From assembly GCA_015057025.1 (NCBI GenBank), contig SVFD01000007.1, positions 94,879 through 134,878 of the forward strand: 40,000 bases of DNA, given 5' to 3'. Of this stretch, positions 15,147 to 23,719 are shown in pieces. Numbering within the stretch: the stretch's first letter is position 1; every line of letters starts with the position of its first letter. The position numbers and the translations under genes were made by a program. Below the pieces are notes generated by a model, which ran no database searches, was not told the DNA's origin, and saw nothing but the letters and a program-made list of their open reading frames with translations. Source of the DNA: Lachnospiraceae bacterium. GTDB taxonomy: Bacteria; Bacillota; Clostridia; Lachnospirales; Lachnospiraceae.

Positions 15147-15544
15147 TGAAAAGCATAATGCATAATAAGCGTGACGGCACCTGTTATTTATGTAAGAAGT
15201 TACATATGGATGACTCCGTTAAGGTAACAGAGGAGCATCATGTAATATGTGGAACGGCAAACAGAAGAATTTCAGAAAAATATGGATTGAAAGTATATTT
15301 GTGTTTGTATCATCACACGCAAGGTCCGGAAGCCGTGCATTTTAATAAAACCATTATGCAGGATTTAAAGAAAGAGGCACAATATGCTTTTGAGAAGAGG
15401 TATCCGGAGTTGTCGTTTCTTAAAGTGTTCGGCAGAAATTACATAGAGGAACGGCAACGGCAGCAGGCACCGAAAAACAGTAACAGTTTTGTTGAGACTG
15501 GGAACATATTGGAAGAAACTGATTGGCTAAAAGAAGTTTTGTGA
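15146..15544 (+). CDS. HNH-like zinc-finger nuclease (putative)
   Basis: CYLCKK ... EEHHVICGTANRRISEKYGLKVYLCLYHH ... AVH gives a CxxC / HH / N / CxxHH arrangement. It lies two genes upstream of terS, a position where phage HNH nucleases are known to occur. Confidence 0.5.
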   Translation: MKSIMHNKRDGTCYLCKKLHMDDSVKVTEEHHVICGTANRRISEKYGLKVYLCLYHHTQGPEAVHFNKTIMQDLKKEAQYAFEKRYPELSFLKVFGRNYIEERQRQQAPKNSNSFVETGNILEETDWLKEVL

Positions 15545-15562
15545 GGGGAAGTGAGTAGTAAG

Positions 15563-15973
15563 ATGAATGCATTAGATTTTTTGGAACAATTGAAAGATGT
15601 CGATAATGTCATTAAGTCTTTAGAGGAAGAATACGAAAAGCTAATGACAAAAGCAACGAATATCAATGTAAAGTATCGTGATGTAGTAGCACATTCCGGC
15701 AGTTGTTCCAGTCCACAGGAGCAGCAAGGGCCGGAGATGGCAGAATACAGTAAGCAGATTCAGGAAATGCAGAAAGAATTGAATACGGCCAAGACTAAAG
15801 CAATGAAAAATATAAAGAAAATGGATTCATTTAAGCATAAATCGGTGCTAATTAAGTATTATGTTCAAAATAAGACTTTGGCTAAGGCTGCAGAGGAGAT
15901 GAATATCTCCGATAGATGGGCAAGTGAGCTGAAAAAACAGGCAGTTAAAATGTTTGAAAAAAATTTTAAATAG
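15563..15973 (+). CDS. Putative late-gene regulator with a sigma-70 region-4-like C-terminal HTH (ArpU/RinA-type position)
   Basis: C-terminal KTLAKAAEEMNISDRWASELKKQAVKMF. It is the last gene before a strong terminator and the terminase genes. Confidence 0.45.
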   Translation: MNALDFLEQLKDVDNVIKSLEEEYEKLMTKATNINVKYRDVVAHSGSCSSPQEQQGPEMAEYSKQIQEMQKELNTAKTKAMKNIKKMDSFKHKSVLIKYYVQNKTLAKAAEEMNISDRWASELKKQAVKMFEKNFK

Positions 15974-16017
15974 TTCATGGTAATTCATGTTACTTCTGTG
16001 ATATTGTGTAAACTAAG

Positions 16018-16053
16018 AAAGAGGACAGAAACAGGATTCTGTTCTCTTTTTTT
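16018..16053 (+). terminator. Rho-independent terminator between the early region and the late (packaging) operon
   Basis: AAAGAGGACAGAA / TTCTGTTCTCTTT stem (one G-U pair), 6-nt loop; the T-run begins in the 3' arm and continues past it. Confidence 0.75.
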
Positions 16054-16112
16054 ATCAAAAAAAGGTCAAAAACGGACCCAGAAACAACAATTTTGGAAGG
16101 GAGTGTTGCAAA

Positions 16113-16616
16113 ATGGCCAAAAAATTGACCCAAAAACAGCAATTGTTCGTGGATGAATATCTGATTGACCTAAACGCAACACAGGCCGCAATTCGGGCGG
16201 GTTACTCGATAGAAAGTGCCCGGGACATAGGCTGCGAAAACCTGACAAAACCCAACATTCAAAATGCTATAGCGAAAGCAATGGCAGAAAGAAGTAAGAG
16301 GACCGGAGTCAACCAGGATAGGGTGGTTTTGGAGCTTGCAAAGATGGCATTTGTGAACATAACGGATATCGTTGATACAAAGACCGGTGAGATTAAAGAG
16401 GATGCATCACCGGATGATCTTGCATGTGTTGAAAGTGTAAAGTATAAAAGTTTTGATTCTGATACCGGCCATAGTGAAGAGAGGGAAGTAAAGATTGCAT
16501 CCAAGCTAAAGGCACTTGATAAGTTAGGCCAGCATTTGGGAATGTGGAGCGATAAGGTAGATGTAAATGTGGCGATACCCGTCGTAATATCAGGTGAAGA
16601 CGCTTTGGAAGATTAG
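16113..16616 (+). CDS. terS: Terminase small subunit
   Basis: KLTQKQQLFVDEYLIDLNATQAAIRAGYS...ARDIGCENLTKPNIQNAI is the typical Terminase_2/P27-type N-terminus. Confidence 0.85.
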   Translation: MAKKLTQKQQLFVDEYLIDLNATQAAIRAGYSIESARDIGCENLTKPNIQNAIAKAMAERSKRTGVNQDRVVLELAKMAFVNITDIVDTKTGEIKEDASPDDLACVESVKYKSFDSDTGHSEEREVKIASKLKALDKLGQHLGMWSDKVDVNVAIPVVISGEDALED

Positions 16617-16629
16617 GCGGTGATAGCCT

Positions 16630-17970
16630 ATGGTGAAACAAGTATCCTCACAACATGTATTTGAGTACATGAAATTTATTCTGTACCCGGAGGATTATAA
16701 CCCGAAGAAATCCAAGGCTCGACGAAGGCACCATGTAAGTCTTCCTGAGGTAGTAGGCGGTGGATACGGTACCTTCTGGAGATGGAAGGGCAGATACAGA
16801 GTATGCAAAGGTTCCAGAGCATCCAAGAAGTCCAAGACAACGGCGCTCTGGTACATAACCAACCTGATGAAGTACCCGGATGCTAATTTGCTTGTAGTCA
16901 GGAAGGTATTCAGAACACTTAAAGATTCCTGTTTTAAGGAATTAAAGTGGGCGATACGTCGTCTTGGTGTGGAAGCACACTGGGACATCAAGGAATCACC
17001 ACTGGAGATGACTTATAAGCCCACCGGCCAAAAGATTTATTTTCGTGGATTGGATGATCCGTTAAAGATAACCAGTATCACAACAGAGATTGGTTATTTA
17101 TGTTGGGCGTGGATAGAGGAAGCATATGAGATTACATCGGAAGATGACTTTGATATGCTGGATGAAACCATCCGAGGAGCTATCCCACCGGAAACCGGAT
17201 TATTTAAACAGATAACCTTAACATTGAATCCATGGAATGAACGTCATTGGATAAAAAAGCGGTTCTTTGACAATCCGGATGATGAAACGCTGGCAATGAC
17301 AACCAATTACATGTGCAATGAATGGTTGGACGCTGCAGATATTAAAGTATTTGAAACCATGAAGAAACAAAATCCCAAGCGATATAAAGTCGCAGGTTTA
17401 GGAGAGTGGGGCATTGTTGACGGATTGGTATTTGAAAACTGGGAAGAGAAAGCTTTCTCCATAGAGGAAGTGAAGTCTATTTGCGGAATAAAGACTGCAT
17501 TTGGTCTTGACTTTGGTTACACAAATGATCCGACAGCACTATTCTGCGGATTTGTGGACAAGGCAAGTAAAACCATATGGGTGTTTGATGAACTGTACAA
17601 GCCGGGCATGAGTAATGAATCTATTGCAGAAGAGATTCAGAAAATGGGCTATGCAAAAGAAAAGATAACAGCTGATTCGGCAGAGCCTAAGAGTATCGAC
17701 CGTCTGCGTGAACTTGGCCTTAAGGGAATCAAGAAAGCACGTAAGGGTAAGGATTCCGTAAACAACGGAATTGACTTCATCCAGGAATACCATATCATCA
17801 TCCATCCAAGATGTGTTAATTTCATTACAGAGATTAATAACTATCAGTGGGAAGAGGATAAAACAGGTAAGAAGTTAAATATTCCCATTGATGATTTCAA
17901 TCACCTTATGGATGCAATGCGTTATGCACTTGAAAGCATAGCTGAAGGTGATACATACAGTTTCGATTAA
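16630..17970 (+). CDS. terL: Terminase large subunit (PBSX type)
   Basis: Size and position fit. Walker-A-like KGSRASKKSKT. Nuclease-half motifs: GLDFGYTNDPTAL, DSAEPKSI, FNHLMDAMRYAL. Confidence 0.85.
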   Translation: MVKQVSSQHVFEYMKFILYPEDYNPKKSKARRRHHVSLPEVVGGGYGTFWRWKGRYRVCKGSRASKKSKTTALWYITNLMKYPDANLLVVRKVFRTLKDSCFKELKWAIRRLGVEAHWDIKESPLEMTYKPTGQKIYFRGLDDPLKITSITTEIGYLCWAWIEEAYEITSEDDFDMLDETIRGAIPPETGLFKQITLTLNPWNERHWIKKRFFDNPDDETLAMTTNYMCNEWLDAADIKVFETMKKQNPKRYKVAGLGEWGIVDGLVFENWEEKAFSIEEVKSICGIKTAFGLDFGYTNDPTALFCGFVDKASKTIWVFDELYKPGMSNESIAEEIQKMGYAKEKITADSAEPKSIDRLRELGLKGIKKARKGKDSVNNGIDFIQEYHIIIHPRCVNFITEINNYQWEEDKTGKKLNIPIDDFNHLMDAMRYALESIAEGDTYSFD

Positions 17971-17978
17971 TTGTTTGA

Positions 17979-18017
17979 AGAGGGTAGGAAAACTAAAGAT
18001 TCTTACTCTCTGTTTTT
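17979..18017 (+). terminator. Possible weak terminator/attenuator after terL
   Basis: AGAGGGTAGG / CTTACTCTCT stem with two G-U pairs, 13-nt loop, then GTTTTTA. Confidence 0.35.
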
Positions 18018-18045
18018 ATAGCTTAAAAAAACCGGGAGAAGGAAC

Positions 18046-19530
18046 ATGATATTTGATTTTTTTGTAAATACTGCGAGAAAACTTAATAATTTTGTTAAGA
18101 AGAGCTTTACAGGAGGCATCGAAGATAAGTCCTTTTTAGAGAGTGAAATAGCAAAGTGGAAAGAATCGCCGCAGCGAAAAGAAGCGATTAGCGGTTTTTT
18201 GTATTATAGCGGGTACCATGACATTTTGTATAAAAAACGAATGGTAATAGGTCAAGGTGGAGAACTGAAAGAGGTAAAGAATTTGCCGAACCGCAAAGAT
18301 ATTGATAACCAGTATGCAGCAGCCATTGATAAAAAGGCAAATTATTTTTTGGGAAAGCCTATAGCCATCGACGGATCAAATAAGCAGTATGTTGATATCA
18401 TCAAGAAAATATTTGATAGAAAAATGATGAGTAAGTTGAAGGCGACTGCAAAGAAATCAATGAATGGGGCAATTGCATGGGTATTTCCATATTACGGCGG
18501 TTCCGGAAAGCTTAAATTTAAGGTTTTTCCGTCTTATGAGATTCTTCCATTTTGGAAAGATGATGAACATGAAGAATTAGATTATGCAATCCGCCTCTAT
18601 ACAGTTGATTATTACAAATCCGGCAGTAAAAAGACGATTGAAAAGGTAGAAATATATAGACTGGAAGGAGTATACAGATACATTTTAAATTCTGGCAAGT
18701 TGAGTCCGGATAAAGAGGCCGGAGAGTACGAAAGCTATGTTTCCTTAAATGATCTCCCGTATAACTGGGAAAAGATACCTCTTATCGCTTTTAAGTATAA
18801 CGACAATGAGATTCCGTTAATCAGACGTGTTAAGCCATTACAGGATGCCATAAATGAGCTGTTATCCATGTTTCATAATCATATGCTGGAAGATAACCGG
18901 AATACAATTTTGGTAATAGAGAATTATGATGGAACTGATTTGGGAGAATTCAGGTATAACCTGTCAGAGTATGGCGCGGTGAAGGTCCGAAGTACAGGTG
19001 ATTCCAAAGGTGGAGTTCATACGTTGCGTATCGAAGTAAATGCAGAGAATTATAAGGCAATCTTGCAAATCTTAAAAGACGCTATTATCGAGAATGCTAA
19101 AAGCTTTGATGGTAAGTTACTTTCTTCCGGTACACCTAATCGAATGAATATTTTAAGCATGTATCAGGATATCGATATTGATACAAATGATTTTGAGACA
19201 GAGTATCAGGCAGCTTTGGAAGAACTGCTTTATTTTATTAATGTTCATTTGTCATTAACAGGACAGGGAGATTTTTTTGATGAGAAGGTAACAATTACAT
19301 TTAACCGGGATATGTTGATGAATGAGGCTGAAATCATGCAGACACTTAATACATCGGGAGTGAAGATATCTAATAGAACATTGTTGTCGCAAGTTCCTTT
19401 CGTTGATGATGTAGAAAAGGAAATGAATTTGATCATGAAGGAACAAGAAAGTGATATGGATGTATATGTGAAAGCCTTTCCCCAGACAACGTCGAAAAAG
19501 GATAACGAGGAATTAAACGATGAAGAGTAG
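18046..19530 (+). CDS. Portal protein (SPP1 gp6-like)
   Basis: 494 aa, immediately after terL and before MuF. Acidic C-terminus. Confidence 0.8.
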   Translation: MIFDFFVNTARKLNNFVKKSFTGGIEDKSFLESEIAKWKESPQRKEAISGFLYYSGYHDILYKKRMVIGQGGELKEVKNLPNRKDIDNQYAAAIDKKANYFLGKPIAIDGSNKQYVDIIKKIFDRKMMSKLKATAKKSMNGAIAWVFPYYGGSGKLKFKVFPSYEILPFWKDDEHEELDYAIRLYTVDYYKSGSKKTIEKVEIYRLEGVYRYILNSGKLSPDKEAGEYESYVSLNDLPYNWEKIPLIAFKYNDNEIPLIRRVKPLQDAINELLSMFHNHMLEDNRNTILVIENYDGTDLGEFRYNLSEYGAVKVRSTGDSKGGVHTLRIEVNAENYKAILQILKDAIIENAKSFDGKLLSSGTPNRMNILSMYQDIDIDTNDFETEYQAALEELLYFINVHLSLTGQGDFFDEKVTITFNRDMLMNEAEIMQTLNTSGVKISNRTLLSQVPFVDDVEKEMNLIMKEQESDMDVYVKAFPQTTSKKDNEELNDEE

Positions 19531-19876
19531 TGTAAATATTTTAGGAACGGAATATACGTTGGAAGTACATAAAGTATCCGAAGATGAATATATGCAGGAA
19601 AATAAACTAGCCGGCTATTGTGATGAAGAAAATAAGCTGATCGTAGTCGCAGACATGAGTGAGAAAAAGTATTTCGACTTAGACGAAAAAGGACAGAAAC
19701 TATACAAAAGTAAGGTATTACGACATGAGATAGTACATGCTTTTTTTAATGAAAGTGGATTGTCTGTTAATTCTAATAATGTAGAAGCATGGGCAAAGAA
19801 TGAAGAAATGGTAGATTGGATAGCGATTCAGTTTCCTAAAATGTGTAAGGTATTTGAAGAGGTTGGGTGTTTGTAA
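19520..19876 (+). CDS. Small HExxH (zincin-like) protein inserted between portal and MuF
   Basis: KSKVLRHEIVHAFFNESG contains HEIVH. 118 aa. Coupled to both neighbouring genes. Confidence 0.5.
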   Translation: MKSSVNILGTEYTLEVHKVSEDEYMQENKLAGYCDEENKLIVVADMSEKKYFDLDEKGQKLYKSKVLRHEIVHAFFNESGLSVNSNNVEAWAKNEEMVDWIAIQFPKMCKVFEEVGCL

Positions 19877-21552
19877 TGCCAAAGAGTAGAGAATACTGGC
19901 GAAAAAGATTTGAGATATTAGCAAGTGCTCAGGCACAGATAGGAGCAGAATATTTTGAAGAGCTAAGTCGACAATATGCCCAGGCATCGGCAGCAGTCCA
20001 GGCAGATATTGAGAAGTGGTATGCAAGATTCGCTGTAAACAATGATATTACCATGCAGGAAGCAAGAAAGTTATTAACTTCTGACGAGTTGGAAGAATTG
20101 AAGTGGAATGTAATGGAGTACATAAAATACGGACGTGAAAATGACGTAACAAAGCAGTGGATGAAGCAATTAGAAAATGCTTCTGCTAAGTGGCATATAT
20201 CTAGGCTAGAAGCAATTAAGTTACAAATACAACATCATGCAGAAGTATTGTATGGTCGTGAAAATGAAGATTTTAAAAAGATAATGGCTCATGTTTATGA
20301 AGAAGGTTATTATCATACGGCTTATGAAATCACAAAAGGTTATAATTTAGGATATAGCCTAATGAAGCTTGATACGGATAAAATCGAAAAAGTACTTACT
20401 AAGCCGTGGGCAGCAGATGGAAGTAATTTTTCTGATAGAATTTGGCGTCATAAGACACAGCTGGTATCAGAACTTCATAACGGACTTACACAATCAATTA
20501 TAAGAGGCAAAAATCCATATGAGGTTACACAGGATATAGCAAAGCGATTTAATGTCAGTAGAAAGCAGGCAGGCAGATTGGTAATGACCGAATCTGCCTT
20601 TATTGCTTCTTCGTCAACCTACGACTCCTTGAAGGAATTGGGTGTGGAACAATATGAGATAGATGCCACTCTGGATAAAAGCACATCTGAAATATGTCGG
20701 GCAATGGATAAGAAGGTATTTCCAATGTCACAATTTGAAATTGGTGTAACGGCACCACCGTTTCATCCATGGTGCCGCACGGATGTACTACCATACTTTG
20801 ATGACGAATTCGAACTTGGATCCAAGCGTATAGCCCGTGGAGATGACGATAAAACATATTATGTACCGGCGGATATGAACTATAATGATTGGTACAAGCA
20901 ATATGTAGGTGTAAAAACTGATTCAGAGGGCTTGCGGTCTTTACTTGGCAGTAGTAATATGTCTGTAAGTGAGATAGACAAATTAAAATCTTTCGATGAT
21001 TTGAAAAGGTATTTGAAGGACAATTACAATGCTAAAGTTGACGAAGATGTTCTTTCTTTAAATTTCGAGTCTGTAAGGCAAATGACGAAAGAATTTGAAG
21101 AAGTTATGTTAGAATTCGATTGGTCCAGAAGTTCATTTACAGGACTAAATAAGTTTGATTTAGGTTATGCTTCTTTTTCTCCTGGTGGAGAATTGTGTTT
21201 TAATCCTCAATTTTCAACTGTTTTTAATAAAATAACACTGACAAGTGGTTATCATGAAGCCGGGCATTTGTTGGAGTTAGCGTTGATTAAAAAAACATAC
21301 CCGTATATGGATATAGATGGTATTAAAAATAAACTTATATCATCTGAGATGGCCGAAGATATAGTAAATAAGGCTTTTTCAAGAATTCGTTCAAATAAAA
21401 GCATATTGGAATTAAGAAAAGAAATATCTAATCAGGCAACAAAAAATTATTCGGAAACATTAGCGGAAGCTATTAGAGATTACAAGCTAAATGGTTATTC
21501 TGGAGCTACTCTTACTGTTCAAATAATTAAAGTATTAAAGGAGATAAAATAA
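19876..21552 (+). CDS. MuF / SPP1 gp7-family head morphogenesis protein with a ~200 aa C-terminal extension carrying HEAGH
   Basis: MuF core: SNFSDRIWRHKTQL...GRLVMTESAFIASSSTY...TAPPFHPWCRTDVLPY. The extension runs from ~20914 and has HEAGH at 21253-21267. The extension is visibly more AT-rich. Confidence 0.8.
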   Translation: MPKSREYWRKRFEILASAQAQIGAEYFEELSRQYAQASAAVQADIEKWYARFAVNNDITMQEARKLLTSDELEELKWNVMEYIKYGRENDVTKQWMKQLENASAKWHISRLEAIKLQIQHHAEVLYGRENEDFKKIMAHVYEEGYYHTAYEITKGYNLGYSLMKLDTDKIEKVLTKPWAADGSNFSDRIWRHKTQLVSELHNGLTQSIIRGKNPYEVTQDIAKRFNVSRKQAGRLVMTESAFIASSSTYDSLKELGVEQYEIDATLDKSTSEICRAMDKKVFPMSQFEIGVTAPPFHPWCRTDVLPYFDDEFELGSKRIARGDDDKTYYVPADMNYNDWYKQYVGVKTDSEGLRSLLGSSNMSVSEIDKLKSFDDLKRYLKDNYNAKVDEDVLSLNFESVRQMTKEFEEVMLEFDWSRSSFTGLNKFDLGYASFSPGGELCFNPQFSTVFNKITLTSGYHEAGHLLELALIKKTYPYMDIDGIKNKLISSEMAEDIVNKAFSRIRSNKSILELRKEISNQATKNYSETLAEAIRDYKLNGYSGATLTVQIIKVLKEIK

Positions 21553-21710
21553 TGTGGGAAGGTAAACCTATTTTCTGGGATTATATAACACATGATGAAC
21601 ATGGCAGAGTAAATGGTGTCCGGGAAGATGCACCGGAAGAAATGAAAAAAGCCTATGAAGAGTGGGCTAAGGTGGAAGAAGAAGCAAGAAAGTTAGGAAT
21701 GATGATTTAA
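21552..21710 (+). CDS. Small acidic protein (52 aa) translationally coupled to MuF
   Basis: TAATG overlap. Translation: MWEGKPIFWDYITHDEHGRVNGVREDAPEEMKKAYEEWAKVEEEARKLGMMI. A hairpin follows. Confidence 0.45.
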   Translation: MWEGKPIFWDYITHDEHGRVNGVREDAPEEMKKAYEEWAKVEEEARKLGMMI

Positions 21711-21743
21711 GAAAGCACTCTAGCAAATAGGGTGCTTTCTTTG
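21711..21743 (+). terminator. Hairpin/terminator after the MuF module
   Basis: GAAAGCAC / GTGCTTTC perfect 8-bp stem, 13-nt loop, short T tract. Confidence 0.45.
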
Positions 21744-21766
21744 TATCAAAAAATGAGGTGAAACAA

Positions 21767-22501
21767 ATGCAGACTACGAAAAACTACGGTTTAAAGAAAC
21801 CGGAGGCAACAGATTTCTATGATGTAAATGATTTTAACGATAATATGGATAAGATTGATGAAGCATTGAAGAACGCTGGCAGCAGTATAGAAGTAGATGC
21901 TACATTATCGGTTGAAGGGAAGGCCGCAGATGCAAAAGCTGTTGGAACTGCTATTGGTAAAATAGGAATGCAGTATCTTTCTGATAGAGATATAATACAG
22001 CTACTAGACGAAAACAAAAAGTGGCAAGATTATGCTATAGGCGGTATTAAGAAATACTACTACTATAGCAAGACAGAGCCTTTTGACGTAGCTTGGAATA
22101 ATGATGCATACCCTTATGATATTAGTAATTCTACACCTAATCAGAGTACTTGGAATTATTACACCAAAGACGCATTAGATGTGACAGGTTCTAAGAAACT
22201 TGTATTAAAAAATATTCACTTAGCTTTGCAATCATACTACAACTCAAACACAACTTTAACGCTCAAAATTGGTACAGCACCTAATGGTAATGATTTATTA
22301 TCTAAAGAAGTGGCGGCTGTTGGTAGTACAATGACTGGCTGGCATACAGCAGAGTGGAACGGAACGGTAGAGATTGACGTTACAGACATTAAGGGCGAAG
22401 CTTACATTACTATTGCACAGTACGCTATAACACGTTCGAGTGGCAATAATGCTGCAAGTATGTTTTCTATTGATGATATTTATGTGGTAGGGGGTGTATA
22501 A
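21767..22501 (+). CDS. Fibre-like / receptor-binding-like protein (244 aa) in an atypical position
   Basis: The N-terminal TKNYGLKKPEATDFYDVNDFNDNMDKID and the GKAADAKAVG motif resemble the N-termini of Firmicutes phage fibre proteins, as I recall them. An XkdX-family gene follows two genes downstream. Confidence 0.45.
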   Translation: MQTTKNYGLKKPEATDFYDVNDFNDNMDKIDEALKNAGSSIEVDATLSVEGKAADAKAVGTAIGKIGMQYLSDRDIIQLLDENKKWQDYAIGGIKKYYYYSKTEPFDVAWNNDAYPYDISNSTPNQSTWNYYTKDALDVTGSKKLVLKNIHLALQSYYNSNTTLTLKIGTAPNGNDLLSKEVAAVGSTMTGWHTAEWNGTVEIDVTDIKGEAYITIAQYAITRSSGNNAASMFSIDDIYVVGGV

Positions 22502-22502
22502 A

Positions 22503-22784
22503 ATGAAAATTTACGTAAATAAAAAAGGCGAGATTAAAGACGTACATAGTACGACTAACACAACCCTACAGGAAATCGAAATACCAGACGATAATAATCC
22601 TTTTGAAGGTTGGAGTGATGTAAGAATCTGTTGTTTTAGAGCAGAGATGAAAAATGGTAATTTAGATTATGCACCTTATATAGATACCCGCATTATTGAC
22701 TATATGGACCGACTTAGTCAGCAAAATATATCAGCGCAAGCACAGATTGATTATATTGCGATGATGACTGATATTGAAATGTAG
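22503..22784 (+). CDS. Small protein in the XkdW position (93 aa), function unknown
   Basis: Lies between the fibre-like gene and the XkdX-like gene. Ends in AQAQIDYIAMMTDIEM. Confidence 0.4.
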   Translation: MKIYVNKKGEIKDVHSTTNTTLQEIEIPDDNNPFEGWSDVRICCFRAEMKNGNLDYAPYIDTRIIDYMDRLSQQNISAQAQIDYIAMMTDIEM

Positions 22785-22794
22785 GAGGAAGATT

Positions 22795-22932
22795 ATGCAT
22801 TCAAAACATTTTGATAAAATCAAGTATTACTATGAAAAAAAATTTTGGACTGAAAAAATGGTAAGAGATGCTGTTGTCAAAGAAAGAATTACTGCTGAAG
22901 AATATACAGAGATTACCGGGCTCGAATATTAA
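22795..22932 (+). CDS. XkdX-family small phage protein (45 aa)
   Basis: MHSKHFDKIKYYYEKKFWTEKMVRDAVVKERITAEEYTEITGLEY matches the XkdX signature (Y..g.WT...V...V.kg.IT.EEY..ITG). RBS GGAGGAAG. Confidence 0.75.
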   Translation: MHSKHFDKIKYYYEKKFWTEKMVRDAVVKERITAEEYTEITGLEY

Positions 22933-23094
22933 GAGATAATTAAGAGATGAAAAAGCCCTCCAATGATAAAGGAGTGTGCCGAAGTAGTCTTTTTTTTATA
23001 ATCATCTTTTTGGTATTGTAGATGCAAAAGAACAAGACAAATAGTAGTGGACTGAACCACGTAAAAAATGTTTTTGAAGAAAGGAAAAGAAACT

Positions 23095-23691
23095 ATGAAA
23101 AAAGAAGAAATTTTGGCACTTGGAGTTGCAGAAGATGTTGCGCAGAAGGTTGCAGAAGCCTCAGAAAGAGAATTAAAGGGTTATATACCAAAAGTTCGTT
23201 TTGATGAGGTAAATGAGGCCAAAAAGAATGCTGAGGCGCTTTTAAAAGAGCGCGATGAACAGTTGGAAAACTTAAAAAAGACTACCGGCGATTCGGAAGC
23301 GATGAAAAAGCAGATTAGTGATCTTCAGAATGCTAACAAGGCAGCGGCAGATGAGTTTGCTGCAAAGATTAAGCAAATGCAGCTTGATAATGCAGTTGAA
23401 AAAGCGATTACGGAACGCAATGGTAAAAATGTAACAGCGATTAAAGCATTATTAAACCTTCAGAACACAGAAGTAAATGAAGATGGAACTGTGAAAGGTT
23501 TATCGGAACAACTGGAAGCACTGTCAAAGGCAGAAGATTCCAGTTTTTTATTTGGTCCTAAGATACCTGAAGTTAGAGGTTTTACACCGGCGCCTGGCAG
23601 TGACCCTACACAGGTACAGACAGATGTATCTAAGATGAACTATTCTCAGTTAAGTGCATATTTGGAAGCAAATCCGGATGTAAAAATTTAA
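23095..23691 (+). CDS. Scaffolding protein
   Basis: Start at MKKEEIL. A coiled-coil K/E/A-rich protein directly upstream of the capsid gene. Confidence 0.7.
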   Translation: MKKEEILALGVAEDVAQKVAEASERELKGYIPKVRFDEVNEAKKNAEALLKERDEQLENLKKTTGDSEAMKKQISDLQNANKAAADEFAAKIKQMQLDNAVEKAITERNGKNVTAIKALLNLQNTEVNEDGTVKGLSEQLEALSKAEDSSFLFGPKIPEVRGFTPAPGSDPTQVQTDVSKMNYSQLSAYLEANPDVKI

Positions 23692-23719
23692 TAATTAAGA
23701 AAGAAAAGAGGTATAAGAA

